A stretch of 62,685 bases of DNA, taken from positions 1 through 62,685 of the forward strand of contig JABCTC010000022.1 of the NCBI GenBank assembly GCA_018238545.1, read 5' to 3'. Numbering within the stretch: the stretch's first letter is position 1; each line of letters opens with the position of its first letter. Shown here piece by piece: positions 19,611 to 30,051 of the stretch. A model generated the notes under the pieces. The model did not search any database and had not been told where the DNA came from. It saw only the letters and a program-made list of their open reading frames with translations. Source of the DNA: Candidatus Heimdallarchaeota archaeon (GTDB lineage: Archaea; Asgardarchaeota; Heimdallarchaeia; Heimdallarchaeales; Heimdallarchaeaceae). The translations under genes and the position numbers were made by a program.

Positions 19611-19652
19611 AACTATATAGATGCTGATGAAAACTATTATTAACTATATATA
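19611..19652 (+). promoter_or_regulatory. AACTATATA motifs upstream of the AbrB-PhoU regulator (candidate archaeal Pho box)
   Basis: AACTATATAG at 19611 and AACTATATAT at 19642. The same motif recurs upstream of pstS. Confidence 0.45.
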
Positions 19653-19671
19653 TTTCTTAAATCTGAGTTTG

Positions 19672-20685
19672 ATGTCTAAAAGCAATAATTATACAAGAAA
19701 AATCCAGAAAACTGGAGGAAGTACTCACATTATAGCATTGCCTGCGGAATGGATTAGAAAGTCTGAACTAGACAAAGGTGATGTTATAAAGATTTTTCCC
19801 CAACCAGATGGTAATCTGCTTCTCAAACCCTTAAGTGATAAAGATTCCAAACAAGGTAAGGAAACTGAAATTGATATTTCAAATGTTGTGGATACAAATC
19901 TAGTAATGAGACTTGTATTAAGTAGGTACATATCAGGATTCCAAATGATAAAAATCTATGATAACAAAGGGATAGATTTGGAGGTTAGATCACAAGTAGG
20001 GCAACTTGTAGCTAATTTAATGGGTGTTGAAATTATTGACGAATCAGATCACTGGTTGGTACTTAAGGATTTGTCTTCCTTACAATCACTTGATTTGAAT
20101 CAACTCATTCGTAGAACTCATGTATTATCTGATAAAATGTTTTCATCTTCAATTGAAGCTTTTCTGAGTTATAACAAAGAAAATGCAGAGCTTATTAAGA
20201 TACAAGAACCATCAGTAGATAGGCTTTATTATCTTGTTTCAAGACAGTTAAATGCAGTCTTATCTGATTTCTCATATTGTTCTTTTCTTGGATTAAAAAT
20301 GATCGAAGTACTTGATTATAATCTAATAATTAAGAGGTTAGAAGCAATTGCTGATCATGCATATAGTACAGCTCTGATGACATTGGAATTAACTGAGAAA
20401 ATTGAAGATAAAAAAGCTGTAAAATACATTTCTGATTTAAGTAATAAAGTGCGTAATAGATACAATAAAGCAATGAACTGCTTTTTCAATGGAAAGGTTG
20501 TTGAAGCAAATGAAATCGCTAATGAGAAAACGGATTTTCATGAAGATGTTCAATCACATTATCGTTACATTTTAAGTCTGGATAAAGAAGTAGCAGTTAA
20601 ACTTATACTATTACTCCGTAGTTTTGAAAGAATTTCTTCCTACGCGGCAGATATAGCAGAAGTAGTGATTAATCGATCTGTGTGA
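19672..20685 (+). CDS. Archaeal phosphate uptake regulator (AbrB DNA-binding domain + 2x PhoU)
   Basis: RKIQKTGGSTHIIALPAEW (AbrB), VDRLYYL, KRLEAIADHA, RSFERISSY. Confidence 0.92.
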   Translation: MSKSNNYTRKIQKTGGSTHIIALPAEWIRKSELDKGDVIKIFPQPDGNLLLKPLSDKDSKQGKETEIDISNVVDTNLVMRLVLSRYISGFQMIKIYDNKGIDLEVRSQVGQLVANLMGVEIIDESDHWLVLKDLSSLQSLDLNQLIRRTHVLSDKMFSSSIEAFLSYNKENAELIKIQEPSVDRLYYLVSRQLNAVLSDFSYCSFLGLKMIEVLDYNLIIKRLEAIADHAYSTALMTLELTEKIEDKKAVKYISDLSNKVRNRYNKAMNCFFNGKVVEANEIANEKTDFHEDVQSHYRYILSLDKEVAVKLILLLRSFERISSYAADIAEVVINRSV

Positions 20686-20721
20686 TTTACCTCCCTCCCA
20701 ATACATTTTGTTATACTTATA

Positions 20722-21378
20722 TCACTTAATTATAGTTTTTTCACCACTTTCTTTGTAGAACCATTTCTCGCCTATATTACAGATATGATCACCAACTCTC
20801 TCTAAGTAACGAGCAATACTCAAAAAGGCGAAAGCTTGCTGCATGGTTATCTTTTCATCCCGAAGATCTTCATATAATTTAATAGAAAGTTCCTCATATC
20901 GTGAATCTATGATGTTATCACTTTCTGATAGAACAGAAGCCTTTGAAGGCGTATTTGTATAAATCGAAGTATAGATTTCCTGCATCATGAAGTCTATCAC
21001 CCCTGCAATTTGAATTAATACCCTTCTATAGTCTTCATTATCGATTGGAGTAATTTTTTCGAAATCTTCTAGAGTGTGGAGAATATTTCTGGAAATTCTT
21101 TCGAAATCAGTAAGGAACTTGATTACCGTAATTATGAACCTTAAATCCTTAGCTAAAGGTTGTTGTAAAGACAATAATTCAATACATTTAACCTCTATCT
21201 GGCTGGTTTTTAATCTCACCCCTTTATCAATTATTGCACTTTGTTTTATCTTCCTTTTAATGTGTTTTTTACCATTAATTGACTTAGTAATAAGCTCAAC
21301 ATTATTACTAACTAGACTGTGCAAGCTCAAAACCTCTTCTTTTAAATTATTTAATTGTTGGGTATATTGTTTTCTCAT
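20722..21378 (-). CDS. phoU: Phosphate transport regulator PhoU
   Basis: LQQPLAKDLR, DFERIS, RYLERVGDHICNI; directly downstream of pstB. Confidence 0.92.
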   Translation of the reverse strand: MRKQYTQQLNNLKEEVLSLHSLVSNNVELITKSINGKKHIKRKIKQSAIIDKGVRLKTSQIEVKCIELLSLQQPLAKDLRFIITVIKFLTDFERISRNILHTLEDFEKITPIDNEDYRRVLIQIAGVIDFMMQEIYTSIYTNTPSKASVLSESDNIIDSRYEELSIKLYEDLRDEKITMQQAFAFLSIARYLERVGDHICNIGEKWFYKESGEKTIIK

Positions 21379-21384
21379 TGTTAA

Positions 21385-22227
21385 TCACCCGAACCTCCCA
21401 GTGATGTAATCCTCGGTGAGCTGTTCATCAGGTTTTTCAAATATTTTCTTTGTGTCATTGTATTCTATCAATTCACCCATATACATGAAAGCGGTTTTAT
21501 TGCTTATACGAGCAGCTTGATGCATGGAATGTGTGGCTATGATCACAGTGTAATCTTTTGCTAAATCAACGAGTAAATCTTCAATTACGTTAGTTGAAAT
21601 AGGATCTAGGGATGCACAGGGTTCATCAAATAGTATCATTTCTGGCCACACTGACAATGTTCTGGCAATACATAATCTCTGCTGTTGCCCACCTGATAAC
21701 TGTGTTGCAATATCATCTAACCTTTCGTTAACTTCACTCCACAATCCTGCTCTCTTAAGTGAAAATTCTACAATCTGGTTCAATTGCTTCCTATTTTTAA
21801 TCCCTCGTATTTTGGATCCATATGCAATATTCTTCCGAACAGATTGTGGAAAAGGTGTTGGTTTTTGGAAAACCATTCCAACTTTGGATCTCAATTCTAT
21901 AAGATCAGTAGTTTTGCTTACTATGTTTCTGTTATCAAATATTATCTCTCCTTCATACTTGAATCCTGGAATTTCATCATTCATGCGATTGAATGATCGT
22001 AAAAAAGTACTCTTTCCACAACCTGATGGACCAATCAGCGCAGTTATTTTATTTTTCATAATATCCAAGTTAACATTTTTCACCGCTCTGAGATCGCCGT
22101 AATAAAAATTGAAATTCTTAACTCTTGCAGCTATCTCAGCTGGGATTTTATAATCTCTTTTTTGATTTTGATTATCTTTAATTCTATTTTTAGTTGATAT
22201 TTGCATCTTTTTTTTCTCCTTACTCAT
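21385..22227 (-). CDS. pstB: Phosphate ABC transporter ATPase
   Basis: GPSGCGKST, MVFQKPTPF, LSGGQQQR, DEPCASLDP, TEDYITGRFG. Confidence 0.97.
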   Translation of the reverse strand: MSKEKKKMQISTKNRIKDNQNQKRDYKIPAEIAARVKNFNFYYGDLRAVKNVNLDIMKNKITALIGPSGCGKSTFLRSFNRMNDEIPGFKYEGEIIFDNRNIVSKTTDLIELRSKVGMVFQKPTPFPQSVRKNIAYGSKIRGIKNRKQLNQIVEFSLKRAGLWSEVNERLDDIATQLSGGQQQRLCIARTLSVWPEMILFDEPCASLDPISTNVIEDLLVDLAKDYTVIIATHSMHQAARISNKTAFMYMGELIEYNDTKKIFEKPDEQLTEDYITGRFG

Positions 22228-24391
22228 ATTTTACCTGAAACTTAGATCTCAAAATCTGTCCTATGATGAATAAACCTATAGCTAGCAATAGCAGTATCAA
22301 AGCACAAGTCATAGCCCAACTAAAACTGTTGGGATACAATTTATCAGTAAACAAACCTAGAATGTAAATGTCAAATGGGAGCATTGAAACTCCAGTATTT
22401 ATTAAACTATCTGGAAAGATACTTGGAGAATAAACTGAGGCTGCCACTGTAAGGATTATTGGTGCAGTTTCTCCTATTACTCTAGAAATGGAAAATAGAT
22501 ATCCTGTAACTATTGATGGAAAGGAATATCGCAAATTATGATCTTTAATACTTTCCCACTTTGTAGATCCTAAAGCAAGTGCATTGTGTCTCATGCTGAA
22601 TGGAACCTGCTTGAGAGCTTCTATTGTTGTAGATGTTGCAATTGGTATCATCATAATCATAAGAGTGAAACCTCCAGCTAGAATGCTTTTCCCCCAACCA
22701 AAGATATTAACAAATATTCCCCATCCAAACAACCCTACTACAACACTAGGTATCGTTGAAATGTTTTGTATCCCATTTCTTAAAATATTACAAAACCTGT
22801 TGGTAGGTTTGATATAGAAATACAAATAGATTCCAGCAAATGTGGAGATTGGTAATCCTATCAAAGCAGCAGTTCCAACAACAATAATCGTTCCTATAGC
22901 TGATTTAAGATAACCATAATGACCTGCTTGCATATAGGAATAGGATGGACCTTGTATGAAATCAATTGGCCATAAATTCTGAACTCCATCATACACAACT
23001 ACTCCAAAAACAATTAGAAGAGCACCTATTATCATCCCTAAGAGAAGATAAAAGATTATTTTAAATGTTCTTTCAGTAATCTTCTTTTTCGTTGAGGAGT
23101 TCTTTCTGAACATAGAATAGTAATCTCTTAATTCAGTCTTTGTCTGGTTAATAGTTTCTTCCTTTTCTTGTATTGTATCATCAAAAAAACGTCCTATTTT
23201 CACTTTCGATTTATTTCTAGTATCCATATTCAAGTCTTTGTTTTCCTTTAATGGCACTTTTCTGGTGAAGGTTTTTCGTAATCTCATGGTGAATAGTTTG
23301 AAGTAACCATCATTTTTTGAATGTTTATTCTCTTTAAGTGTCCAATATTCTTTCTTGAACATTCTTGTAATGAATTTGAATGATATTTTTCCTGTAGCAA
23401 TATTTCTACCTATTGTTGTAATGATTAAGGATACAAATAATAATTCTAACCCTAAGAAGAATAGTGCACTCCATTGAGCATCACCAATCACAATATCTCC
23501 CACCTCTCCGGCAATTGCTGAAGGTAAAGCATATATCTCTTGAAATGGATTAAACCAACCCTTATTCAATGCAGGATTATTTGAAACAACCATCAACACT
23601 ACCATTGTTTCACCAATGACTCTACCAAATGCTAAAATTATTGCAGAGATAATTGATGATCTTGCGTGTGGTAACGAAACTTTTGATACAGCTTCCCAAT
23701 TGCTACTTCCTAATGCTAGGGACGCTTTCTTTAAATTGCTAGGAACGGCACTTAAAGCGTCATCTGTAAGACTAGCTATCATTGGTACAGTCATGAATGC
23801 TAAAGTAATAGAAGCTGTAATAGCTACTCTACCAGAGCTAAGTAATTCCTGTAATCCTAAAGCGAAAGAAGTTTGTTGAATTATCATAGCCAGATATCTA
23901 AATGCTATTAATCCCATGATAACAGATGGGATCGCAGAGATGATTTCTATGGTTGGTTTTACTATTTTTTTGGATTTTTGAGGTAAAAATTCTGCCATTA
24001 AAATTCCAATCCCTATTCCAAAAGGTACAGCTATTATTATTGCATAAAATGTTACAATTAAGGAACTTAGTAGAAGATTGAATGCCCCAAAATGCTCTTC
24101 CTTTGGGTTCCAATTATTATCAAATAGAAGTTCTCTTATCTGTCTGAAACTAGTCATAACCGGTAAAGCTTCTATGATTAAGTATAATGTGATAAATAAT
24201 GTCATAAGACTAGCAAAAATTGCCATAATCATAAGAAAATATTTTATTCCTCTGTTCATCTTTCTCCTTAATTCCAATGAAGATGAATCTGAATGTTTAG
24301 ATGTAAATTCTTTGAAGTCATCAGAACTGTCTAAATTAACTACCTCACTTTCTTTGTTTGTTTTGCTATCTGATTTTCTGAATATATGCAT
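22220..24391 (-). CDS. pstCA: Fused PstC-PstA phosphate ABC permease
   Basis: N half AIPSVIMG...GRVIGETMVV (PstC), C half TIPSVVVG...SRVIGETAPI (PstA), joined by a ~100-aa basic linker in one uninterrupted frame. Confidence 0.9.
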   Translation of the reverse strand: MHIFRKSDSKTNKESEVVNLDSSDDFKEFTSKHSDSSSLELRRKMNRGIKYFLMIMAIFASLMTLFITLYLIIEALPVMTSFRQIRELLFDNNWNPKEEHFGAFNLLLSSLIVTFYAIIIAVPFGIGIGILMAEFLPQKSKKIVKPTIEIISAIPSVIMGLIAFRYLAMIIQQTSFALGLQELLSSGRVAITASITLAFMTVPMIASLTDDALSAVPSNLKKASLALGSSNWEAVSKVSLPHARSSIISAIILAFGRVIGETMVVLMVVSNNPALNKGWFNPFQEIYALPSAIAGEVGDIVIGDAQWSALFFLGLELLFVSLIITTIGRNIATGKISFKFITRMFKKEYWTLKENKHSKNDGYFKLFTMRLRKTFTRKVPLKENKDLNMDTRNKSKVKIGRFFDDTIQEKEETINQTKTELRDYYSMFRKNSSTKKKITERTFKIIFYLLLGMIIGALLIVFGVVVYDGVQNLWPIDFIQGPSYSYMQAGHYGYLKSAIGTIIVVGTAALIGLPISTFAGIYLYFYIKPTNRFCNILRNGIQNISTIPSVVVGLFGWGIFVNIFGWGKSILAGGFTLMIMMIPIATSTTIEALKQVPFSMRHNALALGSTKWESIKDHNLRYSFPSIVTGYLFSISRVIGETAPIILTVAASVYSPSIFPDSLINTGVSMLPFDIYILGLFTDKLYPNSFSWAMTCALILLLLAIGLFIIGQILRSKFQVKYE

Positions 24392-24467
24392 AATTCTTTC
24401 TCCTTTTGTATATGTCAGCTGTGATGAAGTGAAAACACGAAAAAGAAAAATAAAAGAATGAGGAATA

Positions 24468-25439
24468 TTACTCCTCGTTCTTCTTTTTGTTTCTAATCGC
24501 TAACGCTGTAATACCTATTGCTAATGGAATTGCAATAAACCCCAAAGATGTCGGTAAGCCTTCTGTAGGATTATAATCTTCTGTATATTCTCCAACTGGT
24601 ATGTATCCAGTGTAATAGACAATTGATTGCCCTTCATAAGACATCACAAAATCAATGAATTCTTTTACTAAGCCTGCTGGTTCTCCATCAGTTATCATGT
24701 ATAATGGTCTGCTTATTGGATAAGAACCATCTTTTACAGTTGCAACACTTGGAGCGATAAAAGTTCCTGTTCCATCATCGACGCGAACTGCTTTTATTGT
24801 TTCGTCAACATATCCAAGACCACCATAACCAATGGCATTAATCTCAGTAGCCACAACTTCAAACAGCTGACTTGTAGAAGCATATTGACCATATGCATAA
24901 AGATTAGATGAATTTACTTCTTGTTTTGCTAGAAATGCTTCATTGAAGTAATCATGTGTCCCAGAGTTTTCATCTCTTTCAAGAACCTTTATACCATCTA
25001 GGGTAAGAGAAATTCCCAAATCTGACCATGCCGTAATTGTACCATTGTAGATATCGGTAATTTGTTGTTGTGACAATTGAGCAATAGGATTATCTGGATG
25101 TACAATAATCACTATCCCATCTTTTGCAATTGTGTGTACAATCAGGTCAACATCACTTGAATTTGATTCAAGGATTTCAGATTCCTTTGGATAACGTGAA
25201 GCATCTGCTATGTCACATTGACCATTTATTAAGGCTGCAATGCCAGCTCCTGAACCAGCTCCTCCTACGGTAACTGTTATATCAGTTTTAATTTCTTGAA
25301 ACCTAGCTGCAGCTAAGTTGGCTATAGGATAAACAGTGTTTGATCCTTCAATTACTAATGTCTCTGTAGCTAAAGTGAAATTACTTGTCGCTAAAATTCC
25401 AAGACAGAGTATTCCTAATAATACTGTTTTTTTATTCAT
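24468..25439 (-). CDS. pstS: Phosphate-binding protein with C-terminal membrane anchor
   Basis: GSNTVYP, GSGAG, DIADASR, RDENSGT, YPISRPL; signal peptide and C-terminal TM plus KKK tail. Confidence 0.95.
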   Translation of the reverse strand: MNKKTVLLGILCLGILATSNFTLATETLVIEGSNTVYPIANLAAARFQEIKTDITVTVGGAGSGAGIAALINGQCDIADASRYPKESEILESNSSDVDLIVHTIAKDGIVIIVHPDNPIAQLSQQQITDIYNGTITAWSDLGISLTLDGIKVLERDENSGTHDYFNEAFLAKQEVNSSNLYAYGQYASTSQLFEVVATEINAIGYGGLGYVDETIKAVRVDDGTGTFIAPSVATVKDGSYPISRPLYMITDGEPAGLVKEFIDFVMSYEGQSIVYYTGYIPVGEYTEDYNPTEGLPTSLGFIAIPLAIGITALAIRNKKKNEE

Positions 25440-25483
25440 TAGTATCAAGATGATAAAGGTTTTAGTTTTTACTTAACAGTTCT

Positions 25484-25561
25484 CGATATAGTTTATTCTT
25501 ACATATACTTTCTATATATTTTATATAGTTGGGAAGTAAAAAGAAAATATACTATATATAC
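25484..25561 (-). promoter_or_regulatory. AT-rich repeated motifs upstream of pstS (candidate Pho box array)
   Basis: AACTATATC (25485-25493) and AACTATATA (25522-25530) on the minus strand, plus CTATATA copies at 25512 and 25552. Confidence 0.45.
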
Positions 25562-25673
25562 TTCTTATGGAATTGTTAGTTGTATTATTATCCTATTACT
25601 AGAATATTATGAAAACTTGAAATAGGATGATGATTAGTATTATCTGGCAAAGAGGTTAACTGAGGAAAATATT

Positions 25674-26333
25674 GTGGATTTCGAATTAGCTCTAGAAAGT
25701 GTTCAGAACACCATAAACAACTTTAGAGACATGGCTCAGTTTAATCAAACTTATATCAAGCAAAGGATTATTTATCGTTCTGCAACACCTATCCCTTATC
25801 AATCTCCTGAACTTCTATTAAACCTTAAAGGAATTGGAATAAAGAGCATAATTGATCTTCGTTCTTCGGTAGAAATTGGTCATGCTTCTTACAATGATAC
25901 TTTTCTTCACAATTTCAACTATTTCTGGGTTCATTATGATATTTCTATGCCTCCAGAAGTTCTAGTGCAGGCTGGAGTTGATTTATTGCCTTTTTACAAA
26001 CAATTTGTGTGGTATTCCCTCTTTCATAACAAACCCCAAATTCGGAGATTAATCAATGTTATTTCTAGACCTGAAAATATGAATTTTGTTATGCATTGCC
26101 ATGCTGGCAGAGATAGAACAGGAATTTCTTCAGCAATAATTCTGCTTCTTCTAAATGCTCCTGAGGAAAATATTATTCAAGACTATCTTGCTACAGATGA
26201 GTTTACTCAAGCTGAGGATATGGAATTTTTAATAGAACAAGTTGAAAGTGTGGGAGGCATAGAGAAGTATTTGGTTAGTTGTGGGATCGAGCAAAAAACC
26301 TTAGAACGTATTAAGGAAAGGCTTCGTCCATGA
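25674..26333 (+). CDS. Tyrosine/dual-specificity phosphatase (Y_phosphatase3/IphP-like)
   Basis: NFRD, IYRS, IIDLRS, HCHAGRDRTG P-loop, DYLAT. Confidence 0.92.
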   Translation: MDFELALESVQNTINNFRDMAQFNQTYIKQRIIYRSATPIPYQSPELLLNLKGIGIKSIIDLRSSVEIGHASYNDTFLHNFNYFWVHYDISMPPEVLVQAGVDLLPFYKQFVWYSLFHNKPQIRRLINVISRPENMNFVMHCHAGRDRTGISSAIILLLLNAPEENIIQDYLATDEFTQAEDMEFLIEQVESVGGIEKYLVSCGIEQKTLERIKERLRP

Positions 26334-27085
26334 AAACAGGCAGAGTTCTAGAAGTAACCTTTGACGATTTACATTACAATCTAGCTTTAGAAGAGTCTAT
26401 CTTCACAAATCTTCCAAATTCCAATTATCAAATGACTATTCGTTTCTGGCAAAATCCCAAGTCTGTTGTTGTAGGAAGGGGGCAGAATCTGAGTCTAGAA
26501 GTTGATACAACTTACTGTATGCTAAATAACATTGAAATCGGACGAAGAATATCTGGCGGGGGAGCTGTTTATCATGATAATGGAAATCTTAACATCAGCT
26601 TCTTTGTTAATAGAAACAACTTTCCAGATTTAGAGAATTCTGACCAACTTGGGGCGTTTTTCACTGAACTAATCATTGATTCTTTAGTCAATCTTGGTTT
26701 TACGGATATCGTTAAAGAAGGTTCTTCTAACATCTTGTACCAAGGTAAAAAATTTTCTGTATCCGATGGTTATTTGAAAAAAGAATGGTACTTGCACCAT
26801 GCTACTCTGCTTTTTGATTCTAATCTCACTCATTTAGAGAGTAGTCTCTTATCAAAAAGGGTTGAATCTACAGATAAGCAGGTAGATAGATACTTTCCAA
26901 CAATCAATCTGCCTATTAAGAATCTTCAAACATTGAAAAAAACTCTCACTAAAAAGTTAGAAGAGAAACTTGACGTTAAATTTGAACAAAACTTTCTTTC
27001 GAATTCTGAGAAAGTGCTAGCAGATAAACTCAAAACTAGCGTTTACAATCAATCTGCTTGGATACGAAATAAGCAAAGAGAGTAA
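26330..27085 (+). CDS. lplA: Lipoate-protein ligase A family protein (catalytic domain only)
   Basis: NLALEE, RRISGGGAVYHD, GKKFSVS, HHATLL; ATGA overlap with the phosphatase gene. Confidence 0.85.
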   Translation: MKTGRVLEVTFDDLHYNLALEESIFTNLPNSNYQMTIRFWQNPKSVVVGRGQNLSLEVDTTYCMLNNIEIGRRISGGGAVYHDNGNLNISFFVNRNNFPDLENSDQLGAFFTELIIDSLVNLGFTDIVKEGSSNILYQGKKFSVSDGYLKKEWYLHHATLLFDSNLTHLESSLLSKRVESTDKQVDRYFPTINLPIKNLQTLKKTLTKKLEEKLDVKFEQNFLSNSEKVLADKLKTSVYNQSAWIRNKQRE

Positions 27086-27144
27086 AAAACCTATTTTGGT
27101 GTATTAGAAAATTTCATAAAGGTCTGAAGTTGTGATGGCTTGAG

Positions 27145-27429
27145 ATGTCTATATTAACTGTTAATAAAGTAAAGCAGAAATATTTCTTTACATCAGAGAT
27201 TGAGGTAAAGCAAGAAGTAAGAGATTTCTCTGGACATTTCACACGATATGATTTAGAATTAAGAGAACTCGAAACTCAAGCTAGGGAATTTCAAAAACTA
27301 GCTGCAAGACTCTTTTATGAAGGACATACTTCTACTTCTAAACAAGTATTGCAAAGAAGAGAAAATATTATCTCCCGAATTGATGAATTACGAGACCTTC
27401 TTATCAATATCAGTTTAAGTCTGAATTAG
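27145..27429 (+). CDS. Small helical-hairpin hypothetical protein
   Basis: 94-aa ORF with own TATA-like box; C-terminal coiled-coil pattern. Confidence 0.6.
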   Translation: MSILTVNKVKQKYFFTSEIEVKQEVRDFSGHFTRYDLELRELETQAREFQKLAARLFYEGHTSTSKQVLQRRENIISRIDELRDLLINISLSLN

Positions 27430-27502
27430 TATTTCTAAGCTTTTTATTTGAATAGTTTTATAACTGTGGGTAATATGTTTTACTTTAACAGTAACAATAG
27501 GA

Positions 27503-28678
27503 ATGAAGGTGAATAAAATTACAGAATTTTGCACAAAATGTGGATCTCAACTAGTCGATAAATCTGATTATTGTCACAAATGTGGTTCAAAAATCGAGAT
27601 GATTAAGGGTGTTCCAACAGCTGTTCCTGTCGAAACAAAAATTCCCTCCCAATCTGTGATGGAATACGACAGTAGCAAGTATGATCGACGACGAAGAGTC
27701 GTTATTGGATTATCTGTGGGAATAATAGTGGTAATACTAGTACCAGTAATTCTAATGAGTATTGTCGGTGTTGTTAATTATCAACACATTGGTACATACT
27801 ACTATGATGAAACATCAACGGATTATACTAATCTGAATCTTGTTATAGATAATAATGTAGGTTCAATTGATATTTTCTATGACGACACAATGACAAAACC
27901 ATTTGAGGCTAAAGTTGAATTATATGGTAGAAAAGATGCATCTTTATCGGATGCGATGAACTTTACGACTACGTATCTAAATAATGATACGATGGAAATA
28001 ACATTTGTTTCAGGAGAATTTGATTTCTTCTTCTGGGATAAGAAGGTGTTTACATACGATATCACTGTCTATATCAATCCTACAGTAACTGCTGATATTT
28101 TCGTATATGCAAGCACAGGAAGTGTATCATTATCAACTGAAGCAATTGACAGTTTAAACATGGTAAATGTTGATTTACAGTCTTCTACAGGAAGCATTGA
28201 TCTTGACATGAGAAATTCTGTCAATACAACGTTGAACAATCTTAGCCTTGGAACAAGCACTGGAAGAATAGATATTGACTTAGGTGTTAGAACAGTTTTG
28301 AATGATTCTTATGTGTTGATTGCTACAAGTACAGGAAGCATTGGTTTCGAGTTCGTTGACCTCATATCTACTGATAGTATAACTTGGGAAATTTCTACAA
28401 GTACAGGATCAATTAATATTGGAATAATGCAAAACATTGTTTATCCTTTCCAATTCTTTTCCTTATTCGATGTAGATACATCTACTGGAAGTATAACAGT
28501 TGATTTCTTCTTCAATGAAACAATCGGGTACCAGTTCGATGGTTCAACAAGTACAGGAAGTGTAGACATACTTGGAAATGAAGATGGATATTACTCTCCA
28601 AACTATGCAACAGCAGAAAATCTCTACGATTTTGATTTAATTACATCTACTGGAAGTATAACTGTCACTGAAATGTGA
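27503..28678 (+). CDS. Zinc-ribbon + TM + DUF4097-like beta-repeat surface protein
   Basis: FCTKCG...YCHKCG, one TM, about 8 (S/T)STG(S/R)(I/V) repeats. Confidence 0.8.
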   Translation: MKVNKITEFCTKCGSQLVDKSDYCHKCGSKIEMIKGVPTAVPVETKIPSQSVMEYDSSKYDRRRRVVIGLSVGIIVVILVPVILMSIVGVVNYQHIGTYYYDETSTDYTNLNLVIDNNVGSIDIFYDDTMTKPFEAKVELYGRKDASLSDAMNFTTTYLNNDTMEITFVSGEFDFFFWDKKVFTYDITVYINPTVTADIFVYASTGSVSLSTEAIDSLNMVNVDLQSSTGSIDLDMRNSVNTTLNNLSLGTSTGRIDIDLGVRTVLNDSYVLIATSTGSIGFEFVDLISTDSITWEISTSTGSINIGIMQNIVYPFQFFSLFDVDTSTGSITVDFFFNETIGYQFDGSTSTGSVDILGNEDGYYSPNYATAENLYDFDLITSTGSITVTEM

Positions 28679-28724
28679 TTTACATTTTCTTCTTCTTTTT
28701 TTTTATTCTCAAGTTATTTTGTTT

Positions 28725-29156
28725 TCATAATTCATCTATTACTTTTTTCACGATGTTTGCCGCTAGTTCAACAGCTCCTGTGCACGTCAATCTTCTCTCT
28801 GGGTTTTCTTTATCAACTGAACCACCAGGTAGAATGAATTCAGCTAATATCTCTCCACAATTCAAGGTCTTAAATTTGTTATTGAAAATATCTTTAAATT
28901 TGCGAAAAACTGCTGATTTATCGTCTTTATCTAAATCCTTCTTACTCAGCAGAATTCCCAAAACTGCTAACCCCCCAGTGACGGCACCACATATGGCTCT
29001 TTCTCCCATGCCTCCTCCAAAGCCAAGCATAGAATTGTGAATTGTTTCTAGACAATCTTTTTGATTATAGTGTTCAAGAACTCCACAAGCTACTGCTTGG
29101 GCACAATTGCTCTCTTGGTTCCAATACTTGGATGCTTTATTGATTATATTTGACAT
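28725..29156 (-). CDS. C_GCAxxG_C_C family redox protein
   Basis: NCAQAV, GFGGGMG, ICGAVTGG, LNC and TC motifs. Confidence 0.9.
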   Translation of the reverse strand: MSNIINKASKYWNQESNCAQAVACGVLEHYNQKDCLETIHNSMLGFGGGMGERAICGAVTGGLAVLGILLSKKDLDKDDKSAVFRKFKDIFNNKFKTLNCGEILAEFILPGGSVDKENPERRLTCTGAVELAANIVKKVIDEL

Positions 29157-29413
29157 ATGGAAACAGAAAAAGTGCAAGATATATTAAGAATTTCCCCTTC
29201 CACATCGTAATACTAAGAAAATTACTTATTTTCCTTATCAATAGTCATAAAAAGTTCATTTTGATATCTGTTAGAATATCAAAAAAAACAATTTTATAGA
29301 TTTAGTGCGTAATTTTATTAAACAAAATGGTTTCTTTTAAAAAGTATATTTTTTACAATTTAGTGTTTTGGAGCGAAAAACATATTTACCTCTTAATCTA
29401 TATCTTCTCTATT

Positions 29414-30031
29414 ATGCAAAATTATTCCTCTCAAAATCCAAATAAGGTTCCAAGTATATTACTTTGGATAGGATTTGGTTGTTACGTCTTAACTTCCTTT
29501 TTGCCAATTGTGACTTTAACTTTCATTTTCTCATTTGATATTATGATCTACGATGCTCTCAGTGAATTAGGATTAGTCTTGTTTTTTGGTGGGTTAATCT
29601 CAGCTCTTGTTGGAGCTGTCTCTAAAAATAATTTAATAATATTCAGAGTATGTTCAATTCTAGGAGCGCTTCTAGCCATTTTGCCTATTTTGGCTATTCT
29701 ATTATCTATTGATCATGTTATCCTTTCCATGTCTGTTGGTTTCTACACATATGTTATAGGGGCGATATTATGTTTGGTTGCAGGAATAATATACAAATCA
29801 CCCAGACAATTGCAACGTCGATTTGTCCCCCAAGGTCAAATCCATCAACCTTCACCTATCGAACTGCAAATGTATCCTCAGTCCTCTAATCAACCTCTGC
29901 AATCACTACAACATCAAGAAAATGTACAGATTATTCCAGATGAAATTTTTTTCTTCTGTTCTGAATGTGGTGAAAAAACAAGGACAACAGAAAACTTTTG
30001 CAAAAATTGTGGCTCCAAAATAGAAAAATAA
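29414..30031 (+). CDS. Membrane protein with Q/P-rich linker and C-terminal zinc ribbon
   Basis: 4 TM segments, FCSECG...FCKNCG. Start moved to the Met at 29414. Confidence 0.75.
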   Translation: MQNYSSQNPNKVPSILLWIGFGCYVLTSFLPIVTLTFIFSFDIMIYDALSELGLVLFFGGLISALVGAVSKNNLIIFRVCSILGALLAILPILAILLSIDHVILSMSVGFYTYVIGAILCLVAGIIYKSPRQLQRRFVPQGQIHQPSPIELQMYPQSSNQPLQSLQHQENVQIIPDEIFFFCSECGEKTRTTENFCKNCGSKIEK

Positions 30032-30051
30032 ATTCCTTACAGAACTAAAAT

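Noticed and set aside
28110-28670. Recurring AC(A/T)GGAAG nucleotide repeats
   Set aside because: They encode the STGS protein repeats of the DUF4097-like domain; not a DNA repeat array.
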